DNA of 64,000 bases from assembly GCA_949451605.1 (NCBI GenBank), contig CASTSB010000005.1, positions 1,096 to 65,095 of the forward strand. The letters are read 5' to 3'. The DNA comes from an uncultured Bacilli bacterium (lineage in GTDB: Bacteria > Bacillota_I > Bacilli_A > RF39 > UBA660). This document shows, one piece after another, positions 39,801 to 48,880 of the stretch (positions are counted from its first letter, which is position 1; the number at the start of each line of letters is the position of its first letter). Below the pieces are notes generated by a model. It was not told the DNA's origin, searched no databases, and saw nothing but the letters and a program-made list of their open reading frames with translations. A program made the translations under genes and the position numbers.

Positions 39801-42800
39801 TCTGATTGATCTTCAATAGATATTAAATTATTACTATCATCATAATGATACTCTTCCCTTGTAACATCTTTATAAAAAGATAGATTAGTCATATAAAAGT
39901 TATTACCACTTCCATAATTATGAAAAACAATTATAATTGATTTAAAATTTTCAATTGACTTTTCAGTATGAACAAAATGTTGCCAAGAATCACCATTTGT
40001 TATAGGTAAAGTATAAGATAATATGCAATGTCCATTATCTTCATCATATGGTTCATAAAAAATTGTTACATTACTTCCTACATTAGGGGCATATGGAATA
40101 GTTGCTTCATTTTTAAACCAAAATGATAACGTATATGTATCTCCTTCTTTTCCCTTAATATTAAATTTCTTTTCAATTGAAGTACCTAGATTATAATCCA
40201 TTTTTACTTTTAATGCTTTTGTATTATTTATATCAACAACACTTATAAAATCAGATGGATTTACATCATTATCATTTATACTTGCCTTACAAGCCCAACC
40301 TGCCAGTCCTTCCTTAAAATCAGAATTTTCTATCATATTATAATAATTTACAACTCCGCTTTTTTCTAATTGTATATCATCTATATTAATAGAACCAACT
40401 TCTAACAAAGTAACTTTTATTTTCAATTCACTAACTGCATCTTCCCCATAATAAATTGTTACATCTCCTCTTTCAAAATTACTTGATGAATCTAAAATTT
40501 CTTCACTACTTATTTCTTCACCATTATTATTTATATAACTAAGAGATATTTGTATAGGAATATCGGATTTTATGTATCCACTAAAAGTATAATAATTTTC
40601 TTTTTCCAGTGTTATTGTTTGCTCTAAAGATTTATTTGCAATTGATGACTCTACTTTTAAACTTCTAAGACCAGTATTAACATTGCTCATATCAAATGAT
40701 GTTATTATGCCATTTTCATAAGTAAAGAGATTTTCATCAGATTCAAAGCTAGTATTTTTTAAATAATTTTTTATGTATCTATTTGGTATCATTTCTGAAG
40801 TTAAACAGTTTTTATTATTGTATGATTTTTCAATAGAATAAGCATCATCTATTTGATTTCTTCCTTTTAGAATACTTCTTGAAGTAACATTTCCATATTC
40901 ATTAAAAGCTACAGTTTCCAATATTCCTTTATTATTAATTATTGAAGTTTCATATAAACTATATTCTAATTTATAAATATTACCATAAAAATCATTTGTA
41001 CCAATTTCCATTATTTTTTTTATTTTATATGGAATATTTTCATAATATTCATACTCTATTTTTAATCCACTAATATCTTTAATAGAACTTAGAATGTCCT
41101 TTTCTTTATATTCAAATATAGTACATCCATTTACTGTTTCTATATTTATTAATAAATCATTTAAAAAATTCATTTTAGTAACTGTATTATCTGAACTGGT
41201 AACTATAATGTTATCACCATAATATTGAATATTTATTTCATTATTATTTTTGTCCACAATTTTATTGATAGAATGATCTTCATTAAATTCAATTCTAATT
41301 GTATTATTATCTATATCTCTGATATCTGTTAAAAAATACTTATTAGCATTCTTTGAAAATATCATTTCATTATTATTTGCATCAATCAACTTTAATTGAC
41401 CATTTAATTCTTCAATTATAAGATCTAATCCATCTTCATCATAATAAAAATTATCAAGCTCAACATCATTATTAAAAATATTTGATTCTTTTTTATTGAA
41501 ATAATGAGTAGTTCCATCTTCATCTATATATTGATAGCTATTTTCAATTTTTTCTATTACTTGTTCTAAATTCAATTTATAACCTTTTCCAAAAAAAGTT
41601 TTATTATTAAGAACAACATCATTGGTATTGTAAATAAGCTTTAATGAAGCTGGCATTACCCCACCTATAGTTTTTCCTAAATCAAAAATAGTAGTTAAAT
41701 TTCCTGTATGGGTATTTACATAAGCTTTTCCATTGGAAAATGATTGTTCTTTATAATCCCAATAGCTCTCTATTCCATTATTATTTCTATATTTAATTAT
41801 AAAAACAGGCTTTGGATTACCACTTATAGTATTATCTTTTGAAAAGAATAAAGGATAATTATCGTTAATATAATTTTCATTACAAGATTTTATCATAATT
41901 CCATAATTTGGAGTATCCTCATACCATTTCTTCACTAATCCTGTGATATTCATTTCTATCGGATATGCATCGATAACATTATTAACCATAGTTGATCTAT
42001 AAGTAGGCCCTATATATTCAACTCTAGGATCATATTTATTATGCAAATTATCCCAACTTGCATCACTTTCAGACCAGTTAGATGTCATTCTATGTATTTC
42101 TACTAAATGCTCATATGGATTATCAGAATTATTTGATCCAATACAAGGAGTCAAATTTATAGATGCATCAATTATTTCATATCCTGTTCCAATTATAGGC
42201 AAGTCAAATTTTATTAAAGTTCTATTGACCCTATTTTGTCCATTTACCTTTTCTACTCCAGCTACTAAATATCCTAATTTTCCCTTATCATCATTACTAT
42301 CTCCTGGATAAATATAAGTATCAGTTAAAGTAATGTTCTGACTTTCATTTGTAATAGTTGGATCTACATATACAGGATAAACTACATCCTCCCTACTTAG
42401 CCAATTCTTATCAAGTATTACTTTTATTTGATATTTATCATCAACTAGTAACAACTTATAATTAACATTAGTACATCTCATACCAGATGCATCTTCCATA
42501 AAAGGTTTATCAATAGTAAAAATTACCATCTCATCATTTTTCGCAACAATTAAATCATCTTCTTGTACTAAATCCAAATTAGTATCTACAACAAATGTAA
42601 ATTCGCTATAATTATCATTTTTAAGTATCAATGTTTCTTTAATTTTATTAGATAATGTTTGATATTCTATATCGACACCATCATAAATATTAGTGTATAA
42701 AATATCTTTAAATATTTTTGACTTAGTATGCTTCTTTAATATTTCTGAATCATTCGCATATTTTAGTTTTAAATCAATATAATACTTTCCCTTTGCCATT

Positions 42801-43027
42801 TTAACTAAAGAATTTTTACCATTACTTTTAAAAGTAACTCTATAATCATTCTTCTTATTTCTATATATATTTTTCCTTTTTTCTAAAGTATTATCTATTT
42901 CTTCATATTTACCATTTTTTAGATAATGAATATCACTATCATAAATTTTAGCAAGAATAGTTCCATCTTTTTGTAAAAAGTGTTTTTCTCTAGGTTTTCT
43001 TTTTTCAATTAATTCAATTTCATCCAC
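36872..43027 (-). CDS. RHS/YD-repeat polymorphic toxin (2051 aa) with unrecognised 192-aa C-terminal domain
   Basis: GTG start. DNRLRE-like domain (GQNRVNRTLIKFDL), two CBM4/9-like modules, many YD repeats (YDxxGNL/YxYDxxNRL), and RHS core RYYNPELGRFISPDVV...LYAYVSNNPIVNYDKTGNG. The CT has no recognisable motif. Confidence 0.85.
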   Translation of the reverse strand: MDEIELIEKRKPREKHFLQKDGTILAKIYDSDIHYLKNGKYEEIDNTLEKRKNIYRNKKNDYRVTFKSNGKNSLVKMAKGKYYIDLKLKYANDSEILKKHTKSKIFKDILYTNIYDGVDIEYQTLSNKIKETLILKNDNYSEFTFVVDTNLDLVQEDDLIVAKNDEMVIFTIDKPFMEDASGMRCTNVNYKLLLVDDKYQIKVILDKNWLSREDVVYPVYVDPTITNESQNITLTDTYIYPGDSNDDKGKLGYLVAGVEKVNGQNRVNRTLIKFDLPIIGTGYEIIDASINLTPCIGSNNSDNPYEHLVEIHRMTSNWSESDASWDNLHNKYDPRVEYIGPTYRSTMVNNVIDAYPIEMNITGLVKKWYEDTPNYGIMIKSCNENYINDNYPLFFSKDNTISGNPKPVFIIKYRNNNGIESYWDYKEQSFSNGKAYVNTHTGNLTTIFDLGKTIGGVMPASLKLIYNTNDVVLNNKTFFGKGYKLNLEQVIEKIENSYQYIDEDGTTHYFNKKESNIFNNDVELDNFYYDEDGLDLIIEELNGQLKLIDANNNEMIFSKNANKYFLTDIRDIDNNTIRIEFNEDHSINKIVDKNNNEINIQYYGDNIIVTSSDNTVTKMNFLNDLLINIETVNGCTIFEYKEKDILSSIKDISGLKIEYEYYENIPYKIKKIMEIGTNDFYGNIYKLEYSLYETSIINNKGILETVAFNEYGNVTSRSILKGRNQIDDAYSIEKSYNNKNCLTSEMIPNRYIKNYLKNTSFESDENLFTYENGIITSFDMSNVNTGLRSLKVESSIANKSLEQTITLEKENYYTFSGYIKSDIPIQISLSYINNNGEEISSEEILDSSSNFERGDVTIYYGEDAVSELKIKVTLLEVGSINIDDIQLEKSGVVNYYNMIENSDFKEGLAGWACKASINDNDVNPSDFISVVDINNTKALKVKMDYNLGTSIEKKFNIKGKEGDTYTLSFWFKNEATIPYAPNVGSNVTIFYEPYDEDNGHCILSYTLPITNGDSWQHFVHTEKSIENFKSIIIVFHNYGSGNNFYMTNLSFYKDVTREEYHYDDSNNLISIEDQSENKDTLNYDKKNQITRITNTLGKSQIYEYDYNKKNRLLNTIYSNGLSNSITYKNGNPIANRISKKYVNEIKEGFYKIRLKGTKKYLKALLNNLVMEESDCSNNIWFLEKHEDRYKIKYGLKDNYSISSSNEFLILNEVNINNLFYLEKNDDGSYNIKFDDVEKNIVRYLNVLEDDSVKLNKYSDNLTNIDFYLEIPESLFIENNTKYTEDERFISDKVDSIFRKTSYEVNNLTGKINRVIDPRGIETKYEYNTKGQCTKVKQNNSEINYTYGSNNLLTNITQGNKEYLITYDNFMNIDTIYLNNNILTKNEYETNNGNLKKITYGNNQYIEMLYDDFERVNEIKKENDKYKFYYDTNGNISKIISNDSVSKFNYDKNNRLHLYKNDSFKVIYDYDTENFITTKEYKYNNNINKQINNFDGEKLVTTLFGEVKVNYNYDSLNRNVGKNINNIINTASNFVSNGKRTSNLINSYQVNNDIYKYDYDEVYNIKNIYLNESLIKQYDYDNYNELIEEKNYDLNTQIEYLYDNTGNLLKKIEKNLQTNEVLKISNYNYNNENWEDQLTSYNDNDITYDQLGNIVSFNNNSFLWKNGVELSEIRNIIENKNLKFKYDENGIRKSKIYNGLETKYYTLNDEIVYEDRNDTVIYYLYDAEGLIGFKYNNKIFYYLKNLHNDIIGIFDEEGNKIVTYIYDSWGKLLSIKGENGNDISNDLNHIGNINPFRYRSYYYDLETGLYYLNHRYYNPELGRFISPDVVLGANEDILSYNLYAYVSNNPIVNYDKTGNGKFLNNLFSAIVNLFSKSTKKKVKEQAKKKNKKSSTASFCNNSTPSGAVSKTSGVSKNKKIVTQTNKGSISTVFGTCDISADHNFGNYGYDVGPTSADFYISSTTGDTTVKNTFDFDDDYIYFGVDVEIETGDNESVSGYTRINIKKEVALFSVALVPLTIVAYPYIKTSATAIKALGDSLKLFTDGLKLLFS

Positions 43028-43035
43028 ATTATCAC

Positions 43036-43575
43036 CTACTTAACTCTTTTCCACATATTAACACTTAAATATGGTGGCATATGATCAATAGGTTGTTCAT
43101 TTGTTAATTCTGCATCAGCTAAGCAAATATTAGCCCAACCATTCTGCATGCTATTATTAGTACAAGAATGTTTTCCAGATACTATAAGACGTTCTACAAC
43201 ACGTGGTGGAAGATTTTCATTTCTAATAATATGGCTAACTCTACCTCCACTAGTACCTTCTTTATAGTCATCACTTGATGCTAGGAGGAATTTTCCATTT
43301 ATGGCTTCCCACTCTCCTCCAAAATAAACATTTGGATTAGTATTTTGAACACTAATATAAATTGAACCTACAGGATAAATCATATTTAATATGGCATCAC
43401 TTGCTAAAGATAAACTATTACAAGTTAAACTATTAACTACCAAATTTCCTTGATCATCCAATTCAAATTTGTTATCCAAAGAAGTAATACAAGATACATT
43501 TAAATTGTTTACTTCCAAGTTTAAATTATCGCCTTCTTTTGTGAAAGCATTCTCAATATTTTCTAATTGAGTCAT
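43036..43575 (-). CDS. phage-tail-collar-domain (MdpB-like) protein
   Basis: IYPVGSIYISVQNTNPNVYFGGEWEAINGKFLLASSDDYKEGTSGGRVSHIIRNENLPP follows the Collar-domain pattern. Its TAG stop lies 8 nt before the RHS start. Confidence 0.55.
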   Translation of the reverse strand: MTQLENIENAFTKEGDNLNLEVNNLNVSCITSLDNKFELDDQGNLVVNSLTCNSLSLASDAILNMIYPVGSIYISVQNTNPNVYFGGEWEAINGKFLLASSDDYKEGTSGGRVSHIIRNENLPPRVVERLIVSGKHSCTNNSMQNGWANICLADAELTNEQPIDHMPPYLSVNMWKRVK

Positions 43576-43709
43576 TTTATCGCCTCTTTCCTTTTTTTGA
43601 GATTTTCACATCTCATGGTAACTTATTAGGAAAGACTTTTTTAGACAAATAAAAACACCCAATATTCGGATGATTTATTTTTAATAACATTTTTTTAAAT
43701 TATAAACAT

Positions 43710-44471
43710 CTAGTTTTCGTCACTATAGTTTAAACCTTTTTGATACATTTTTTCTTTTATTTTATTTTTTAATTCTACCCCTTCATACTTACGACTTAAC
43801 CTTTTATAAAGTTTATCATATTCTTTTTTTGCAATTTCTTCATCTACCGAGAAATCTAATTTATTAAGAACTTCCATAATTAATTCTGAATCATAACCAT
43901 AATTAATTAAATCAGTCATGATTTTCCTTTTTAGTATATTTCCTCCCCTACTTTTATTGCTTTTATAAAATCTATTAACCAACTTTTCTATTTTTTCTAG
44001 TTGCATTTCCTTATCAAAGATTTCTATTTCATTATAAATAATTTCTTCACTAATACGATGTTTTTCTAATTCATTAATTATCTTTTTTGGACCATTATTA
44101 GTTGTTACTAATTGATTATTAATAAGTCCTTTAGCATAACTTAAATCATTTAAGTAACCTTGATTTAATAATTTATCTATTGCTTTATCTACACTATCAG
44201 ATGAATATTCTTTCTTTAAAAGAAATAGCCTCATATCATAAGCACTTTTAAATCTTGATTTCAAACTTTTTAACGCAACATAGTAAGCTTCACACTCATT
44301 ATTAAACTCAACTATTTCATCAAGTAACTTAGCAGTAATCTCTTTCTTTAGTAAAAGTTCATACTTTAGTATTACATCCTCATATAAATTAATATCTCTA
44401 TTATCTAAACTTACTTTATATTGACCATTTGCTAGTTTTTTATATTTAAGTATTTTCATATACATCACCAA
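43710..44471 (-). CDS. recX: RecX-family regulatory protein
   Basis: Three-helix-repeat pattern: YLNDLSYAKGLINNQLVTTNNGPKKIINELEKHRISEE. Confidence 0.65.
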   Translation of the reverse strand: MVMYMKILKYKKLANGQYKVSLDNRDINLYEDVILKYELLLKKEITAKLLDEIVEFNNECEAYYVALKSLKSRFKSAYDMRLFLLKKEYSSDSVDKAIDKLLNQGYLNDLSYAKGLINNQLVTTNNGPKKIINELEKHRISEEIIYNEIEIFDKEMQLEKIEKLVNRFYKSNKSRGGNILKRKIMTDLINYGYDSELIMEVLNKLDFSVDEEIAKKEYDKLYKRLSRKYEGVELKNKIKEKMYQKGLNYSDEN

Positions 44472-44509
44472 GAAAATTATATCAAAAAAAACATAATAAA
44501 AAAAGGAAG

Positions 44510-44719
44510 CTATGCTCCCTTTTTCTTAACCTCGATAAGTCCTTCAGCGACTTCTTCAAGGGCCCTTCCAATATTCTTTTTACTTTTATATTCGGTTTCG
44601 GCTAGTTGTAATAATCCATTCTTTGATATTTCTTTACTCCTTTTTGCAGATATATGAACCAACTCATATTTTGAATCTACTAGATTAAGAAGTTTATCTA
44701 TAGAAGGATAAATCATCAT
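44510..44719 (-). CDS. rpoZ: RNA polymerase omega subunit
   Basis: IDKLLNLVDSKYELVHISAKRSKEI. Confidence 0.75.
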   Translation of the reverse strand: MMIYPSIDKLLNLVDSKYELVHISAKRSKEISKNGLLQLAETEYKSKKNIGRALEEVAEGLIEVKKKGA

Positions 44720-44798
44720 ATCACACTCCCTATTATTAGAATAAACTACATAAAATATTTAATCAATAATAGAGAAAAAATTAGACAAGAAATTTACA

Positions 44799-45119
44799 CT
44801 ATCTAAAATTACAGCAAGAACCACATTGAACATTACTTACAGTATTTTCTTCGCTACAAGTGTATCTTGGTTGATATGTATGTCTATAAACGTGATGATT
44901 AATTACTCTAGTATGAATAGGACAAACATGTGGAACATCATGTACGATAGTACGATGTACACATTTTTCCTGAACACCTTCAGTGATTGGAGCATTCATT
45001 TGAGCAGGCATTGCTGCAGTATTAGTATTCATATTTTGTAATGAGTTTGTCATATCACTATCGATAGTATTGTTATTACCATCTACAAATAAATTATTAA
45101 TTACATCATTATTATACAT
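44799..45119 (-). CDS. CotD-like His/Cys-rich spore coat protein
   Basis: CVHRTIVHDVPHVCPIHTRVINHHVYRHTYQPRY repeated HxxV/P motifs. Confidence 0.4.
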   Translation of the reverse strand: MYNNDVINNLFVDGNNNTIDSDMTNSLQNMNTNTAAMPAQMNAPITEGVQEKCVHRTIVHDVPHVCPIHTRVINHHVYRHTYQPRYTCSEENTVSNVQCGSCCNFR

Positions 45120-45204
45120 TCTTATACCTCCTAACTTATATTATGTAAATATATCCATATAGTTAATATTAACGCCCAAAAAAAATTAAATTCTAAATAA
45201 GAAT

Positions 45205-46797
45205 TTAACTATTTTTAATTGATAAAGTTTTAAATATTAAAAACAACATAAAAGGTAAACATACAAATATAGGATATACATATCTCATTAAGGCAACTGG
45301 ACCTAATAAATTAGTAATAAATAATGATATAAGAAGTAATATTGGTAAACATAATTTATATTTCTTTTTATATAAAAGCAAAAATAAAGTATAAAACATT
45401 ACAAAAACATTAAATCCAATATTCATAAATATATTAAGTATCGGAACTTTTTGATAATTAGCTTTTTCTAATAAATCATCATACAAATTATAAATAAAAT
45501 TATTATTACAATCATCTACACAAGAAAAGCTTTCATCTTTTCCCATACAATTAACCCAAATATAAGTTTTTGTTCCACTAATTGGTAATTTATCAAAGAA
45601 ATAAAAATATCCATAATTATTAACTAAAAAAGAATCTATATAAGTTAGTGGATATTTTATCCCTAAGTTCAAATAAAGTTTTATATAACTAGAAATATTT
45701 GAAAATAATACTCCACTATCAAACTCACTTTTAACAGGATCAGATATCTGTGAATTATATCTACTAAGAGAATCATTTTTATATAAAGCACTAACTTGTT
45801 CTTTCTCACTAACAGTCAAATCTTCTTTATTATAGACTCTCGCCAATTGCTGAATTATTACACTAAACGCTTCAACTCCTGGTCCTTTTTCTACTTTAAA
45901 TACTTTTGTTAAAGTTAAATTATAAGCTTCATAAATTAATATTGGGATTAATAAAATTACCATTATTTGCTTCCACTTTTTTCTAAAAATAATTATAAAG
46001 AAAACAGAAAAAATTATTAAAGCATAAAGCATATTATTTCTAAACATTAAAGAAAGTAAAATAACACTTATTAAAGAAATTAAGTTCTTATTATTATCTA
46101 AATATTTTTCATCAGTTACAAAATAATAAAATTTAATTACAAGTAATAATATTAATCCCGAAAATATAATGTCTTTTGTAGTAGAGATTGCTAAAACACT
46201 ATGAGTTGGTAAAAACATAAATAAAACAGTAGATAAAATAACTAACCATCTAGGTGCCCTTTCTTTAACTAAAAATAAAATACAATATGAAAAAATTAAA
46301 TTCATTATAGTAGCTTGAATAATTCCATACATAAAGTTTCCAATAGTATAAGTACCAAACAGTAAATAAGAAAGCTTTACTAATCCTCCTAAAAAGATAG
46401 TATGAATAACTGGATGATAAGTACTTAAAGAATTATACATAATCATTCTAACTTGAGTACTAGCATCAAATGCAAAGTTATTAGGATAAAAACTTATAAT
46501 GATGGGTATCCAGGCAAGAAAAATTAAAATAAAAGCTGTAAAAAATACTTTTTTACTGTTAATCTCCTGATCTTTACTTTTATACTTATAAGGAAATTTA
46601 AATAAAAATTTAAATATATAATAAAATAATGGTACAAATATAATAAAAATATAAGTTTTTAGATCAAATAATCTACTAGAATCATATTTTTGGCAATTAT
46701 AACCAATTACTTGTATAAAAAGAAAGAAAAAAGAAAAACAAAAAAGAATTATTCTTTCTAAAATAGTTGTCTTCTTAAATAATATTTTCTTTATCAT
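45205..46797 (-). CDS. large polytopic membrane protein (possible GT-C-like glycosyltransferase)
   Basis: 530 aa, at least 12 hydrophobic helices. Function not recognised. Confidence 0.4.
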   Translation of the reverse strand: MIKKILFKKTTILERIILFCFSFFFLFIQVIGYNCQKYDSSRLFDLKTYIFIIFVPLFYYIFKFLFKFPYKYKSKDQEINSKKVFFTAFILIFLAWIPIIISFYPNNFAFDASTQVRMIMYNSLSTYHPVIHTIFLGGLVKLSYLLFGTYTIGNFMYGIIQATIMNLIFSYCILFLVKERAPRWLVILSTVLFMFLPTHSVLAISTTKDIIFSGLILLLVIKFYYFVTDEKYLDNNKNLISLISVILLSLMFRNNMLYALIIFSVFFIIIFRKKWKQIMVILLIPILIYEAYNLTLTKVFKVEKGPGVEAFSVIIQQLARVYNKEDLTVSEKEQVSALYKNDSLSRYNSQISDPVKSEFDSGVLFSNISSYIKLYLNLGIKYPLTYIDSFLVNNYGYFYFFDKLPISGTKTYIWVNCMGKDESFSCVDDCNNNFIYNLYDDLLEKANYQKVPILNIFMNIGFNVFVMFYTLFLLLYKKKYKLCLPILLLISLFITNLLGPVALMRYVYPIFVCLPFMLFLIFKTLSIKNS

Positions 46798-46856
46798 AAT
46801 TGCACATCCTCAAAACAATTATATAATACGACAAATTAAAAATCAAAAAAAGATAC

Positions 46857-48164
46857 CTAAAAAGGCATCTTAAAATTTCCATTACTCATTTGTTTCATCA
46901 TTTTTTTCATTTGATCAAATTGTTGAAGTAATTTATTAACCTCTTGTACAGAAGTACCTGATCCTTTAGCAATTCTAGTCTTTCTACTAGCCTTAATAAT
47001 ATCAGGATTTCTTCTTTCTTTAGGAGTCATTGATAAAACAATAGCTTCTACATGAGCCATTTGTTTTGGATCAATCTTTACATCATTAAGTCCCATCTTC
47101 TTCGCACCTGGAAGTAACTTTAATAAATTCTCAAGAGGCCCAAGTTTTTTCATTTGCTTCATTGTATCTAAAAAATCTTCTAAATCAAATTTACCTTCTT
47201 GCATTCTCTTAGCAGTTTTCTCAGCAGCTTTTTCATCTATTGATTCAGTAGCTTTTTCAACAAGAGATACTATATCACCCATACCAAGAATTCTACCAGC
47301 CATTCTTTCAGGATCAAATAATTCTAATCCATCTAACTTTTCACTAATACCCATAAATTTAATCGGTACATTAGTTAAATGTCTAACAGATAGTGCGACA
47401 CCTCCACGAGTATCACCATCTAGTTTAGTTAATACAACTCCAGTTAGAGGAAGTTTATCATTAAAACCTGTTATAACATTAATAGAATCTTGACCCATCA
47501 TAGAATCAATTACTAATAATATTTCATCAGGATTAATACTAGTTCTAATATTTTCTAATTCATCCATCAATTCTTCATCGATATGAAGTCTACCAGCTGT
47601 ATCAATAAGTACATAATCAAATTTATTTTCTTTAGCATAATTTAATGCATTATTAACTATTTCAACAGGATCTTTCTTACCCTCTTCATAAACTTCGATA
47701 TTTAATTGTTTTCCCAATTGTTTTAATTGGTCAATAGCAGCAGGTCTATAAACATCACAAGCTACAAGTAAAGGCTTTTTACTATGTTTTTTTCTTAAAA
47801 ATTGAGCAATTTTAGCAATTGTTGTAGTTTTACCTGAACCTTGTAAACCAACTAACATTAAAGTAGCAGGATTCCCTTTTAAATTAAGAGGAGCATTTTC
47901 TCCACCTAATAATTCAGTAAGTTCATCTTTTACAATTTTTACAAACAAGTCTCCTGGATTAATACTACTAGCAACTTCACTACCTAAAGCTTTCTCTTTT
48001 ACAGTATTAGTAAATTCCTTTACAACTTTATAGTTAACATCTGCTTCAAGTAAGGCTAAACGTATCTCTCTCATCATTTCAGAGATATTATCTTCTGTAA
48101 TTTTTCCATATCCTTTTATTTTATGTAAAGCGTTTTGTAATCTATCTCCTAAACTTTCAAACAT
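46857..48164 (-). CDS. ffh: signal recognition particle protein Ffh
   Basis: GLQGSGKTTT, DTAGR, TKLDG GTPase motifs; Met-rich M domain. Likely start is ATG at 48164 (RBS aggtga) rather than the GTG at 48173. Confidence 0.95.
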   Translation of the reverse strand: MFESLGDRLQNALHKIKGYGKITEDNISEMMREIRLALLEADVNYKVVKEFTNTVKEKALGSEVASSINPGDLFVKIVKDELTELLGGENAPLNLKGNPATLMLVGLQGSGKTTTIAKIAQFLRKKHSKKPLLVACDVYRPAAIDQLKQLGKQLNIEVYEEGKKDPVEIVNNALNYAKENKFDYVLIDTAGRLHIDEELMDELENIRTSINPDEILLVIDSMMGQDSINVITGFNDKLPLTGVVLTKLDGDTRGGVALSVRHLTNVPIKFMGISEKLDGLELFDPERMAGRILGMGDIVSLVEKATESIDEKAAEKTAKRMQEGKFDLEDFLDTMKQMKKLGPLENLLKLLPGAKKMGLNDVKIDPKQMAHVEAIVLSMTPKERRNPDIIKASRKTRIAKGSGTSVQEVNKLLQQFDQMKKMMKQMSNGNFKMPF

Positions 48165-48175
48165 TCTTATCACCT

Positions 48176-48225
48176 GCTTCCTATTATATCAATTAAACAT
48201 TTAAAAATAAAGAAAAAGGCAATAT
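48176..48225 (-). promoter_or_regulatory. candidate sigma-A promoter for ffh
   Basis: Extended -10 TGaTATAAT on the minus strand at 48183..48191, about 12 nt before the RBS. Confidence 0.3.
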
Positions 48226-48400
48226 ATTTATATAAAGATTCATACGAAAAAAATATTAATTACTATTTTTTACTATTTTGCTATTTCTCTATTGTATTTT
48301 TTTTAGATGTACTTTATACTGTGAATAGAGATTTTATCTAAGACAAAGTTAGGTGATACCTCCACGAAACTTGAAATATGGTTTTAAGGAGGTGATTCTT

Positions 48401-48508
48401 ATGCAGAGACTATTATTTCTTACAAAATGCATAAATACTTTTTATGGAGTATTTAATAATAGGTTTTGCTATATTAGTAGTTATTCTACTAATGATTATA
48501 GCAGTTAA
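48401..48508 (+). CDS. small ORF (35 aa) with near-perfect RBS inside the element
   Basis: aaggaggtgattcttATG; MQRLLFLTKCINTFYGVFNNRFCYISSYSTNDYSS. Confidence 0.3.
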   Translation: MQRLLFLTKCINTFYGVFNNRFCYISSYSTNDYSS

Positions 48509-48515
48509 AAAATAA
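48444..48515 (+). CDS. alternative-frame 23-aa hydrophobic peptide (type-I-toxin-like)
   Basis: MEYLIIGFAILVVILLMIIAVKK. No SD. A 15-bp-stem hairpin (48532..48565) lies 17 nt downstream. Confidence 0.2.
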   Translation: MEYLIIGFAILVVILLMIIAVKK

Positions 48516-48880
48516 CGTTAAAGCAAAAGAAAGACACCTAACTTCAGCCATGAAGTAAGGTGTCTACACAAAAAAATATTGTGGAGATAATACCTAACGA
48601 GCAAAAATTAGATAAAATCTCTTTTATATTTTATGCAAAAAACATAAAATAATACATTTCTAATTAAGAAATAACTCTTATTATATAAGGCTATTCTTAA
48701 AAAGTCAACAAACAAACGGAACGAACAAAGTTTAAAACATCAGCTAGTAAACTACTACCGTTCTAACTTAATTATAGCTATGTCAACTAAAAATTTCAAC
48801 TGTTATTTTAATAATAAATATGAAAATTTCAATAAATTGTATTTAACTATAAAGAAAAAGAGCTATAACTCTTTTCTTTT

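Larger units (their letters stand above)
48328..48621. repeat. 294-bp element bounded by about 36-bp imperfect terminal inverted repeats (MITE-like, or ends of a structured RNA locus)
   Basis: Left arm gagattttatctaa...gttaggtgatacctcc (48328..48363). Right arm ggagataatacctaac...ttagataaaatctc (48583..48621). The outer 14 bp are perfectly complementary. Confidence 0.45.

Noticed and set aside
43027-43038. Collar gene and RHS gene as one fused ORF
   Set aside because: The two are in different reading frames, separated by TAG plus 8 nt. There is no evidence of read-through or slippage.
48180-48880. SRP RNA, tmRNA, RNase P RNA or 6S RNA in the ORF-free region next to ffh
   Set aside because: None of the hallmarks is present: no GGAAGCAGC-type SRP domain IV motif, no tmRNA tRNA-like 3' end, no RNase P P4 sequence. 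The inverted-repeat element with small ORFs fits better.
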